This document shows, piece after piece, positions 46,357 to 55,126 of a stretch of DNA of 64,000 nucleotides. The notes under the pieces are model-generated. The model was not told the origin of the DNA. It did not search any database and saw only the letters and a program-made list of their open reading frames with translations. The translations under genes were made by a program, and so were the position numbers. The first letter of the stretch is position 1. Each line of letters opens with the position of its first letter. The stretch is from positions 13,325-77,324 of the forward strand of contig CAISIU010000033.1 of the NCBI GenBank assembly GCA_903885505.1, given 5' to 3'. The DNA is from an uncultured Actinomycetes bacterium (GTDB taxonomy: Bacteria > Actinomycetota > Acidimicrobiia > Acidimicrobiales > RAAP-2).

Positions 46357-47307
46357 TTACACGCGGCCCGCGTAGTGGTCGCGCCAGATCACGCGATACA
46401 ACTTGGTGCGGCGCGGAATAGACCGTAGCCCCGGGATGTAGGGGACCAAGATGAGTCCCGCCGTCAACAGCATCATGATGCCCCACGCATCGACGTCCGC
46501 ATTGCCGCTGGTCGAGAAGGGGTGAATCTGATACCAGAAGGTGTAGAGCCACAACCATGCTTGGCCGGGGTAGCTGCCCGTCTCGTTCATCATTCCCCAC
46601 TGGTCACCCAACAAGTGCTGGTGATCGGCCAAAGTGGCAAACCACCCCCCATCGGCAATGAACAACAACACGTTGGTGTAGTCCGTGGTGTAGAGACCAC
46701 CACCCGTCACCATCGCCGAGTCCAGTGCTCCTGAACGGGCCATGGCGGTTTCACTCGCAATCAGCACGTCGACGGGATTGGATAGCGAGAGAGGTGTCGC
46801 CACGAGCTGACCATGAGTGAAGCTCAGCGTCGCCTTGCCATATTCATTAAGCCAGTTCTGACGCTCGGTGTCGCTGGCGTTTTTCCACGTGGCCAGAGCG
46901 AATCGAACGGTGGCGGCATCGGGCAAGGTGGCCAGGGGTCGCAACACAAAGGTCTGTGCTGGATCAATGGGAATGTGAACGCCCACCATCTTGGCGAGAT
47001 AGAGATGAGTGACACCGAGGAACTGACCATCCGAGGCGTTGTTGTACGGCGCGCCGTATCCCGCGAGGCCCGACGTGCCCGCCAGCTCGCTGTAGGCCGT
47101 GGTGGCGAAGTCAACCGGGTCGGCAGACGACCACTGCTGGATGGTGACCTGCTTCTCGTCCGGCGATCCGAACACCAGGGCCAAACCCGCGGTCAGTAGG
47201 GCGACCACGAGTAGGGCAATGGCACCTTCCTTCAAGATGTCATACGGGCGCTGCGCGCCGGTCCATTCGCGCACATCGCGGTCGGGATTGAAGTTGCGGC
47301 GACTCAT
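46357..47307 (-). CDS. Membrane protein co-translated with cytochrome b (possible divergent subunit-IV / cyt b C-terminal analogue)
   Basis: 316 aa and no Cys. One N-terminal TM, a presumably periplasmic domain of about 200 aa, then an aromatic stretch QAWLWLYTFWYQIHPF and a final TM. ATGA overlap with the cytochrome b gene. Confidence 0.4.
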   Translation of the reverse strand: MSRRNFNPDRDVREWTGAQRPYDILKEGAIALLVVALLTAGLALVFGSPDEKQVTIQQWSSADPVDFATTAYSELAGTSGLAGYGAPYNNASDGQFLGVTHLYLAKMVGVHIPIDPAQTFVLRPLATLPDAATVRFALATWKNASDTERQNWLNEYGKATLSFTHGQLVATPLSLSNPVDVLIASETAMARSGALDSAMVTGGGLYTTDYTNVLLFIADGGWFATLADHQHLLGDQWGMMNETGSYPGQAWLWLYTFWYQIHPFSTSGNADVDAWGIMMLLTAGLILVPYIPGLRSIPRRTKLYRVIWRDHYAGRV

Positions 47308-47918
47308 TTTGATACCTCTTCAAAGGGGGGCACGACGCCCTTTCGACGAACCATGACGACGTGAAGTGCGGTCAGCACCACGGCGGCCAGTGGCAACAAC
47401 ACGATGTGCCACATCAACATCTGTCCGGTATTGAGCACATTGAAGAAGGCGCCCGCGCCGGTGGCGTTAATACCGTCCTTCGCCTGGGTGCTGATCCACT
47501 GGCTGTCGAAGTTGGTTTGGCTGACGTAGCCGGTAAACGCGGTGGCGATGGAGGTCGCAAAGGTGACGGCACCCGTGACCCAGGTCAGCGAACGATTACC
47601 ACGCCACGCCGCCATGAAGAACTTTCCCCAGAGGTGAATCACCATGGCGAAGAAGAAGATTTCCACCGACCACAGGTGCAGGGAATTCACGTAGTGACCA
47701 ATGGATGACTGGTGCCACCACTGGGGTCCGCGAATGGCCAACACGAATCCCGTCAGAATCACCATGACCAAGGCCGAGAGACTCACGACGCCGAAGACGT
47801 AAATCCACGACGAGACGTATGACGGTTGCGTATCGGGGAGGGCCTTGTCGGGCGGAAGCTGCTCAACGAGGCGACGTCGGAGGCGCGTCGTCCATTGACG
47901 ATCGATGGTGGTACTCAT
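47304..47918 (-). CDS. Di-haem cytochrome b, b6-type N-terminal (4-helix) domain only
   Basis: Helix B HLWSVEIFFFAMVIH has His pairs 13 residues apart. Helix D HIVLLPLAAVVLTALH has His pairs 14 residues apart. Also FTGYV.. and WI. patterns. ATG 47918 preceded by AAGGAG; the track start 48032 is an upstream extension. Confidence 0.8.
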   Translation of the reverse strand: MSTTIDRQWTTRLRRRLVEQLPPDKALPDTQPSYVSSWIYVFGVVSLSALVMVILTGFVLAIRGPQWWHQSSIGHYVNSLHLWSVEIFFFAMVIHLWGKFFMAAWRGNRSLTWVTGAVTFATSIATAFTGYVSQTNFDSQWISTQAKDGINATGAGAFFNVLNTGQMLMWHIVLLPLAAVVLTALHVVMVRRKGVVPPFEEVSK

Positions 47919-48088
47919 GACTGATTCTCCTTCTTGCGTCCCGGGAAGGGGGCAACGAGAGCGACGAGAAAGGTGACCACCATGGTCACGACCACGGCAA
48001 AGTTGCCGTAACTCATCTGGAACCAGCCCCACGAGATGTAGTGGCCGGGGTGATCGAGATTGACCAGTGCGCCGAGAATCTCAGACAT
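47915..48088 (-). CDS. Small (57 aa) single-TM protein, first gene of the cytochrome b module
   Basis: Below the ORF-track size cut-off. GAGAGGAG RBS 5 nt before ATG 48088. Reads MSEILGALVNLDHPGHYISWGWFQMSYGNFAVVVTMVVTFLVALVAPFPGRKKENQS. Its TGA overlaps the cytochrome b ATG (ATGA). Confidence 0.55.
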   Translation of the reverse strand: MSEILGALVNLDHPGHYISWGWFQMSYGNFAVVVTMVVTFLVALVAPFPGRKKENQS

Positions 48089-48162
48089 TGGTACTCCTCT
48101 CTATTGAACGTGTCCTCATCATGTGGCGAAGTGGGCTGTTCAAATCGGGGCATAATCAGGGT

Positions 48163-49221
48163 ATGAAGTCCCAACATCTCGAAATCGCTTGGTTTGGTGC
48201 GCTCTGTGACGACGATTACGAGCAGTTGGGCGTCGTGAACGAGAGCCTGCGCTCCTCGTGGGCACACTGTGCCGACATCGTGCGCACCGCCGATGCGCGC
48301 GGATTTGATTCGGTCTTGCTGCCGTCGGGATATGAGCTCGGCATTGATGCCGTGGCCATGGCCAGTGCCTTGGCCACGGTGACCTCATCTATTCACCTCC
48401 TCACCGCCGTTCGTATTGGTGAAAATTGGCCCCCGGCCCTCGCGCGACAACTCGCGACGGTGGCCCACCTCGCTCCTGGCCGTCTCAACATCAACATCAT
48501 CTCGAGTGATCTGGCGGGTGAGACGCTGGAATCGTCGCCGCGCTATCAACGCACTGCCGAAGCCATGGCGATTTTGCGAGACCTCTTGGATGGTCGTCCG
48601 TCTCACAGCGACGGTGACTTTTATTCTTTCGACGTCGTGCCACCACGCATCGCCACCGGCCCACGACCCCCGCTGTACTTCGGGGGTTTGTCGCCCGCAG
48701 CGCGAGATGTGGCCGCCCGTTACGCCGATGTCTATTTGATGTGGCCCGACACCATGGAGAACGTGGCGGAGATCATTCGTGACATGCGTGAGCGAGCGGC
48801 GTCGTATGGACGTGAACTTCGATTCGGATATCGAGTGCACGTCGTGGTGCGTGAGACCGAAGCCGCCGCGCGATCCGCCGCGAACTATCTCATTGCGGCC
48901 CTCGATGCGGAGCAGGGAAACGCCATTCGTTCCCGGTCATTAGACGCGGGCAGTGTGGGCGTCGCTCGACAAAGCGAGCTTCGCGAGGGTGCCGACGACG
49001 AGGGATACGCGGAAGCGAACCTGTGGACGGGAATTGGTCGAGCACGTTCGGGATGTGGTGCCGCGCTGGTTGGCTCTCCCGCTCAAATTCTCGACAAGAT
49101 TGAGGCCTACCGAGAACTCGGTATTGAGGCATTCATCTTTTCGGGATATCCGCACCTCGAGGAGTGCGAGCGATTCGCCGATCTCGTGCTCTCACACTTG
49201 ACGCACGCGCCGCTGTACTAG
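48163..49221 (+). CDS. LLM-class flavin-dependent oxidoreductase (luciferase-like monooxygenase)
   Basis: MKSQHLEIAWFGALCDDDY..., TIM-barrel LLM pattern (FDSVLLPSGYE, LNINIISS, YFGGLS, GSPAQILDKIEAY.ELGIEAFIFSGYP). Start taken at ATG 48163. Confidence 0.8.
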   Translation: MKSQHLEIAWFGALCDDDYEQLGVVNESLRSSWAHCADIVRTADARGFDSVLLPSGYELGIDAVAMASALATVTSSIHLLTAVRIGENWPPALARQLATVAHLAPGRLNINIISSDLAGETLESSPRYQRTAEAMAILRDLLDGRPSHSDGDFYSFDVVPPRIATGPRPPLYFGGLSPAARDVAARYADVYLMWPDTMENVAEIIRDMRERAASYGRELRFGYRVHVVVRETEAAARSAANYLIAALDAEQGNAIRSRSLDAGSVGVARQSELREGADDEGYAEANLWTGIGRARSGCGAALVGSPAQILDKIEAYRELGIEAFIFSGYPHLEECERFADLVLSHLTHAPLY

Positions 49222-50282
49222 ATCAGTTCCGCAATCTCCACACGACGCTTCTCGTCGATAGAGCGGTGGGCGGCCACACCCATCACCACGGACCACCAGC
49301 CGTCGTCGGCCGTCACGAGGGCGCGAGACCCCTCTCGCCAGGCCGTTTGAATATCGAGGTGCTCGAGGTAACTGGCGCCATGGTGGAAGCCTTCAACGGC
49401 CACTCGGGTGTCGGCAATCACTTCCTCGGTGATGACACCGCTGTGGCGTTCGGCACAGATGAGACGACCCGAGGGCAAGAAGGCTTCAATCTTTCCCGTC
49501 GTGCCCACGATGCTGACTTCTTCGTGTTCGCGCGAGACGTCCGCAAACATCGACAGGTCGAGTGACGCACGAGCACCGGATTCAAACTCCACGATGACAA
49601 GGGCGTTGTCGAGAATGTCCGAGGGTCGGCCGTCGTAGGACTCGTCGAGATGATTCACATCTTGGCCACCCGACGCCATGACGGCGACCGGATTGCTGCG
49701 CAAGATAAGTCGCATGAGATCAAAGAAGTGACAGCACTTCTCGACCAAAGTGCCACCAGTGTTTTCGGAGAAGCGGTTCCAATTGTCCACCTTCACCAAG
49801 AAGGGGTGACGGTGCTCACGGATGGCGAGCATCTTGAGATCGCCAATACTGCCGGAGTGGGCGAGGGCGATGGCTCGAGCCACCGGCGGCATGTAGCGAT
49901 ATTCGAGGCCGACCCAGAAGAGATTCGGATACTCGCGCGCAAGGTCACGTATTTCCGTCGCGTCGGCAATGGTGGTGCACAGCGGCTTTTCCACCACTAT
50001 CGCCTTACCGCTTTTCATCACGTCCACCAACACGTCACGGTGCGTCATGTTGGGAGTGGAGATGACGTAGATGTCGCAGATATCCGCCGCGAGCAAGTCG
50101 CGGTAATCGGCGAAGGTTTGTAGGTCTCGACCGTCCGCGGTGAACTGCGCCCATTGGCGTGATTCCTCGTGCGAGTCGGCGATGGCCACCACCTCACCAT
50201 CGGGCAGGCCGTAGATGTTGCGCTGGTGCTCGAGGCCCATCATCCCCGTGCCGATCAGTCCGTAGCGAATAGGTGCACTCAT
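49218..50282 (-). CDS. Gfo/Idh/MocA-family NAD(P)-dependent oxidoreductase
   Basis: N-terminal Rossmann YGLIGTGMMGLEH, VVAIADS and EKPL motif (VVEKPLCTT). Confidence 0.85.
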   Translation of the reverse strand: MSAPIRYGLIGTGMMGLEHQRNIYGLPDGEVVAIADSHEESRQWAQFTADGRDLQTFADYRDLLAADICDIYVISTPNMTHRDVLVDVMKSGKAIVVEKPLCTTIADATEIRDLAREYPNLFWVGLEYRYMPPVARAIALAHSGSIGDLKMLAIREHRHPFLVKVDNWNRFSENTGGTLVEKCCHFFDLMRLILRSNPVAVMASGGQDVNHLDESYDGRPSDILDNALVIVEFESGARASLDLSMFADVSREHEEVSIVGTTGKIEAFLPSGRLICAERHSGVITEEVIADTRVAVEGFHHGASYLEHLDIQTAWREGSRALVTADDGWWSVVMGVAAHRSIDEKRRVEIAELI

Positions 50283-51217
50283 GAGCGACTCGGGGCAATC
50301 CCCGCCTCACGGTCGCGGCCCCATTGGGACAAATTGAATTGAGTGACGCCGATGGTGAGTGAGGTGGCCAAAATGATGTGCAGCTCGACTAACCACACCG
50401 GCAGGTGAAGGACGTATTGCACGAATCCCACGACTCCCTGTAGCGACCCAATCACGAGCAGTCGACGAAGGCCCATCTGAAGCCGGGGGGCCGCGTCACT
50501 CTTGAACAGATACAAAAACAAACCGCCGACGGTCCCGATGAACATGATGGCGAAGAGAGAGTGCACCCAGGCGACGTCGATAAGCGCAAAGGGAAGGCGC
50601 CGTGCGACATCTTGGCCCACGGTGTTACCAGCGTGAGGTCCCGATCCCGTAGTCGCGGTGCCCACGACCAGAACGATGATGAGATTCACCGCGAGCCAGC
50701 GCGCAATGAACAAGAGTCGAGGGCTGCGTAATTCCACTCGGGCGTCGGGTCCGTAGACGTACTTTGAGCGGTGGTATTGCACCGCCCCCAGCACCACCAT
50801 GGCGAGGGACACCAACATGTGACAGTTGACCAACCAGGGGTTGAGGTGGCTGTAGACCACCACGGCGCCGAGGACGGCGTTCAGAACGACGAAGAGAACG
50901 AGAGAGCCGCTGGTGATGATGAGGTCTCGTCGACGGGGGCGACGCGTGATGGCCATGATGAAGGCCACCAGCGTGACAACGATGAGAATGCCGGTGACGA
51001 GGCGATTGCCAAACTCCACCACCGAGTGAATACCCCATTGGTGGGCGGTGGTGTGTTTGTAGCACTGTGGCCAGTCCGGGCACCCCAGACCAGACCCCGT
51101 GAGTCGAACGAGGCCCCCCGTCACCATGATGAGAATCATGGACACGAAGTCCGCCAGTGCCCACCATCGAAAAGTGCTCGGCGCGGGGTGAAGAAAATTT
51201 GGGGCTTTGGCGCTCAT
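50279..51217 (-). CDS. ctaA: Haem A synthase (COX15/CtaA)
   Basis: GGLVRLTGSGLGCPDWPQC, conserved His in TM pairs, 8 TMs. Start at ATG 51217 (track 51325). Confidence 0.8.
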   Translation of the reverse strand: MSAKAPNFLHPAPSTFRWWALADFVSMILIMVTGGLVRLTGSGLGCPDWPQCYKHTTAHQWGIHSVVEFGNRLVTGILIVVTLVAFIMAITRRPRRRDLIITSGSLVLFVVLNAVLGAVVVYSHLNPWLVNCHMLVSLAMVVLGAVQYHRSKYVYGPDARVELRSPRLLFIARWLAVNLIIVLVVGTATTGSGPHAGNTVGQDVARRLPFALIDVAWVHSLFAIMFIGTVGGLFLYLFKSDAAPRLQMGLRRLLVIGSLQGVVGFVQYVLHLPVWLVELHIILATSLTIGVTQFNLSQWGRDREAGIAPSRS

Positions 51218-51237
51218 CGCTGCCAGCCTAGAGACAG

Positions 51238-52173
51238 GTGGCTCGTAGGATGGTCCCCGTGACGGTCGCAACGATGCACCCTCGATCGCCTCTAGCGACG
51301 GTAAAGGCCTACGTGGCCTTGACAAAACCCCGCATCATTGAGCTTCTCTTGGTGTCCACGGTGCCCACCATGGTCGTGGCGCGCAATGGTTGGCCATCAC
51401 TTCGGCTTCTCATCCTCACGTTGGTGGGAGGCACCCTGGCCGCCGGTGGCGCGAACACCTTCAACATGTATTTGGACCGCGACATCGACGCGATCATGGA
51501 GCGCACGAAGAATCGACCCCTCGTCACCGGTGCCGTGAGCCCCACCGAGGCGCTCATTTTCGGCGTTTGTCTTGAAATTGCGGCCTTCCTCGTCCTCGGC
51601 ATCGGCGTGAACCTGATTTCGGCCTGGCTGGGACTAGCGGCGACCGCCTTTTACGTCGTGATTTACACGATGTGGCTGAAGCGCCGTTCCAAGCAGAACA
51701 TCGTGATTGGTGGCGCGGCGGGTGCGGTACCCGTTCTTATCGGTTGGACCGCGATCACGGGTCATCTGGCCTGGACCCCGGTCTTACTCTTCGCCATCAT
51801 CTTCATTTGGACACCACCACATTTTTGGGCCTTGGCCGTTCGTTACCGCGATGACTACGAGGCGGCCAATGTGCCCATGATGCCCGTGGTGGCCTCACTC
51901 AAGCGCACCACGACAGAAATTTTGGTGTATTCGGTGATCATGTGGGCGCTGTCCATGCTGGTCGGTCCGGTCGCTTCTTTGAGCTGGGTATATGGAATCA
52001 GCGCATTAATTCTCGGCACGTGGTTCAACTGGGGTGCGTTCCAGCTGTGGCGCAGGGCGCAAGTGGACCAGGCGGACGTTGCCGGCGCCATGAAGCTCTT
52101 TCACTTCTCTATTACGTACCTCACCGTTCTTTTTGTCATGATGGCTGTTGATGTCCTCATCCGCCACCACTAA
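51238..52173 (+). CDS. ctaB: Protohaem IX farnesyltransferase (haem O synthase)
   Basis: YVALTKPRIIELL, NMYLDRDIDAIMERTKNRPL and IWTPPHFWALA (UbiA-family motifs). ATG 51274 is an alternative start. Confidence 0.9.
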   Translation: MARRMVPVTVATMHPRSPLATVKAYVALTKPRIIELLLVSTVPTMVVARNGWPSLRLLILTLVGGTLAAGGANTFNMYLDRDIDAIMERTKNRPLVTGAVSPTEALIFGVCLEIAAFLVLGIGVNLISAWLGLAATAFYVVIYTMWLKRRSKQNIVIGGAAGAVPVLIGWTAITGHLAWTPVLLFAIIFIWTPPHFWALAVRYRDDYEAANVPMMPVVASLKRTTTEILVYSVIMWALSMLVGPVASLSWVYGISALILGTWFNWGAFQLWRRAQVDQADVAGAMKLFHFSITYLTVLFVMMAVDVLIRHH

Positions 52174-52732
52174 GACCCCCCGCTGGCGCGGGCCCTCGCC
52201 GATGTTCCTTATTCCACTGGGAATTGGTGCAGCCATGGCGTTCTCGCTGATTTTCGGGGTCTCGTATCTGACCCGCCCCGTCACTGGTTCCACGACAACG
52301 ATGCCATCCGCCCTGGTGGGACAAACGGCGCGACTCTCGACCCTCCCTGATCTCTCGGGAGCCTCCGTCACCCTTCCCTATAAGAAGGGCACGCCGACGA
52401 TTCTGGTCTTCTTCGCCAGCTGGTGCGCTCCGTGTAAGGCAGAACTGCCCCGGGTTGCCCGTTTTTCCTCGTCAGGGAACCTTCATGGCGTGGAAGTGGT
52501 GGGAATCGCCAGCAACGACAGCTCAGTGTCGACCGCACGAGACTTTGCTCGGACCGCCAATTTCACGGCTCCCGTGCTCTTTGATGCCGACGGAACTGCC
52601 TCGTCATCGGACTTCAATATCGTGGGACTCCCCGACACGATCGCCATCGACGCTGACGGCATCATTCGCCAGGTCGTGGTGGGACCCGTCACCACGGCCG
52701 AACTGTCGGCGATGGTTTCCCTCATTAAGTAG
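52148..52732 (+). CDS. TlpA/ResA-like membrane-anchored thioredoxin-fold protein
   Basis: N-terminal signal anchor plus VFFASWCAPCKAELP (CxxC). Confidence 0.75.
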   Translation: MMSSSATTKTPRWRGPSPMFLIPLGIGAAMAFSLIFGVSYLTRPVTGSTTTMPSALVGQTARLSTLPDLSGASVTLPYKKGTPTILVFFASWCAPCKAELPRVARFSSSGNLHGVEVVGIASNDSSVSTARDFARTANFTAPVLFDADGTASSSDFNIVGLPDTIAIDADGIIRQVVVGPVTTAELSAMVSLIK

Positions 52733-52915
52733 TTGATCAGGGATTTTGTAGCTATCGAGGGTTGCGTAAACTCTCAAGTAAGCGAAGTCTGACCAGGGAA
52801 TACAGACTCTGACCAGAATTTAACTGATAATTGTCAACAATGATGACAGTTTCCGATCCGTGATGAGTGTGTGAAGTAGTTCACACCCGAGAAACAAATT
52901 CGACGCCTTCGTGCC

Positions 52916-52945
52916 TTGACGAACTGTTTACGGTGGTCTTATAGT
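52916..52945 (+). promoter_or_regulatory. Candidate sigma-70-type promoter for the solute-binding-protein gene
   Basis: TTGACG (52916-52921), 18 nt, TATAGT (52940-52945), about 68 nt upstream of the ATG. Inverted repeats CTGCAC-AAAC-GTGCAG and GGCAGT-(9 nt)-ACTGCC lie in the leader. Confidence 0.3.
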
Positions 52946-53012
52946 TCCATCACTGCACAAACGTGCAGTATCAATCAAGGCAGTTGGGCAACCACTGCCA
53001 GGGGAGGCATAA

Positions 53013-55016
53013 ATGCGGAAAGTTAACTCTTTTCGGCGTTTGGTCGGAGCTGGCGTTATCGCTGGTTCCATCGCTGCCAGCCTCGTGACGACCGCGCCTT
53101 CGGGCGCTGCTGTCTCGGCGCACGGTGACCAGGTTCCGAAGACCGCACTCGTTTCACCGATGGGACCCACCGACCACGCGAACATGATTTTCCCGTACGC
53201 GTCCGGTGCTTACTTCACGGTAACGAACATGAACGATTTCCAGAGCTATCTGTATCGCCCGCTGTACTGGGTCGGTAAGGGTTCGGACATCACCATCCAA
53301 AAGGACTTGTCGCTGGCAGCGTTGCCCGTGTACTCCAACGGCAACAAGACGATCACCATCACCATGAAGGGCTGGAAGTTCTCCAACGGTGAAACGATCG
53401 ACGCTCAGTCCGTTAAGTTCTTCCTCGACATGTACGCCGCGGTGCCTTTCCGCTACGCGGGCTACGTGCCGGGCTTTGGTATTCCTGACCAGGTTTCCAA
53501 TGTCACCGCGAACGGTAACGTTCTCACCATCACGACGTCTGTGGCCGTGAACCCCAACTGGTTCAACTACAACTTCTTGACTGAGATCACCCCGTTCCCG
53601 CGTGCCTGGGACAAGAAGTACGTGACGCCGACCAGCGCCACCATCGCTTCGCCGGGTTCCGCTGACGTGTCGACGAACGCTGCCAACTGTGGCACCGCCG
53701 ACTTCACGGACATCGCCGACTTGGCCGCCAAGTGTGGTTACTACCCGAACAGCACTGCTGACGTTTACGGTGTTCCTCACCACAACAGCACCAGCGTGTA
53801 CAACGGTGCGTACGGCTACCTGTACTACAACAGCCGTCCGTCCGGCACGGGCAACCTTGCCGCGTACGACAGCAGCCCGATCTGGAACGTTGTCAGTGGT
53901 CCGTGGAAGCTCTCGAGCTTCGACGCCACCGGTGACATTGTGTTCGTTCCGAACAACCAGTACAGCGGTCTGCCGAAGCCGAAGTTCTCGACCTACACCT
54001 TGAAGGCCGAAGCTTCGATCGACACCGAGAAGCTGCAGCTTGAGGCTGGTCAGCTTGACACTGGTTACGTGAAGCCGACCGACGTGTCGACCTCGCCGAA
54101 GCCGGGCGTTGCGGGTAAGAACCTCATCTCCCAGCTGAGCGGATACAACGTCCGCACCGGTGGATCATGGGCCTTCTACTACGCCTACTACAACTTCAAC
54201 GCGGCCTCGAGTGGTACCCACTTGGTCCAGTCGTTGGCAGTTCGTCAGGCGTTCCAGTACGGTATCGACCAGCTGACCATCATCAAGGCGCTCTACAACG
54301 GTTACGGTGTCCCGGGCTACGGTCCGATCCCGACCTTGCCCGCCAACGTGTTCAGCAAGGGTCTTACTAACCACTACGCGTTCTCCCTCACTAAGGGCAT
54401 TGCTGCTCTGAAGGCGGCAGGATTCACGTGGGACAAGAACACCTCGCACGCTGCGGTTTGCACCAAGTCTGGTGGTTGCGGTAACGGCATCACTCAGGGC
54501 ACTGCCTTGAACTTGACCTACAAGTACACCACTGGTAGCACCACGCTGGACGCTCAGATGAACGCGGAGAAGGCCTCATGGGCCAAGGAAGGCATCCAGG
54601 TCACTCTGTCGACCGACACGCCGACCAACATCGCGGGACTCTGCACCTCTGGTATCGGCTCGGCCCCGACTGCGGGTAACCCTGACGGTAACGGTGACTG
54701 GCAGATCTGTCAGTACGGTGGATGGCTCTACGCTCCTGACTACTACCCGTCGGGCGAGCTCCTGTTCTACACGGGCGCTCTCTCCAACCCGGGCGAGTAC
54801 TCGGACGCGACCATGGACCGTCTCATCGACGCCACCACCAAGGGCAGCACTGCGCTGAACGCTGGCAAGAACAGCTACGCGCAGTACGCCATGGACCAGC
54901 TGCCGTACATGTACCAGCCCACGGGCACCGGTACCGGTGAAATCTCCAAGACGTTGAAGGGCGTTCTGCCCCCCAACCCGACTGGCGCTTCACTGCCGGA
55001 GTTCCTCTCGAAGTAA
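53013..55016 (+). CDS. ABC transporter substrate-binding protein, family 5 (peptide/nickel/oligosaccharide type)
   Basis: 667 aa. Signal peptide MRKVNSFRRLVGAGVIAGSIAASLVTTAPSGAAVSA without a lipobox Cys. SBP_bac_5-like core (WKFSNGETIDAQSVKF, YNFN, VRQAFQYGIDQ). Confidence 0.8.
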   Translation: MRKVNSFRRLVGAGVIAGSIAASLVTTAPSGAAVSAHGDQVPKTALVSPMGPTDHANMIFPYASGAYFTVTNMNDFQSYLYRPLYWVGKGSDITIQKDLSLAALPVYSNGNKTITITMKGWKFSNGETIDAQSVKFFLDMYAAVPFRYAGYVPGFGIPDQVSNVTANGNVLTITTSVAVNPNWFNYNFLTEITPFPRAWDKKYVTPTSATIASPGSADVSTNAANCGTADFTDIADLAAKCGYYPNSTADVYGVPHHNSTSVYNGAYGYLYYNSRPSGTGNLAAYDSSPIWNVVSGPWKLSSFDATGDIVFVPNNQYSGLPKPKFSTYTLKAEASIDTEKLQLEAGQLDTGYVKPTDVSTSPKPGVAGKNLISQLSGYNVRTGGSWAFYYAYYNFNAASSGTHLVQSLAVRQAFQYGIDQLTIIKALYNGYGVPGYGPIPTLPANVFSKGLTNHYAFSLTKGIAALKAAGFTWDKNTSHAAVCTKSGGCGNGITQGTALNLTYKYTTGSTTLDAQMNAEKASWAKEGIQVTLSTDTPTNIAGLCTSGIGSAPTAGNPDGNGDWQICQYGGWLYAPDYYPSGELLFYTGALSNPGEYSDATMDRLIDATTKGSTALNAGKNSYAQYAMDQLPYMYQPTGTGTGEISKTLKGVLPPNPTGASLPEFLSK

Positions 55017-55049
55017 CTCCGCTGTACCAGTTGTAACTGAGCTTGCTCA

Positions 55050-55085
55050 GCAGAATGCCCGCCACGAAAGTGGCGGGCATTCTGC
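55050..55085. terminator. Strong hairpin after the SBP gene
   Basis: GCAGAATGCCCGCCAC-GAAA-GTGGCGGGCATTCTGC, a 16-bp perfect stem with a GNRA-type loop. No T-tract follows. Confidence 0.5.
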
Positions 55086-55126
55086 GTGAGTCGGCAAAAC
55101 TCACGCACCAGCGTTAGCCTCTTCGC

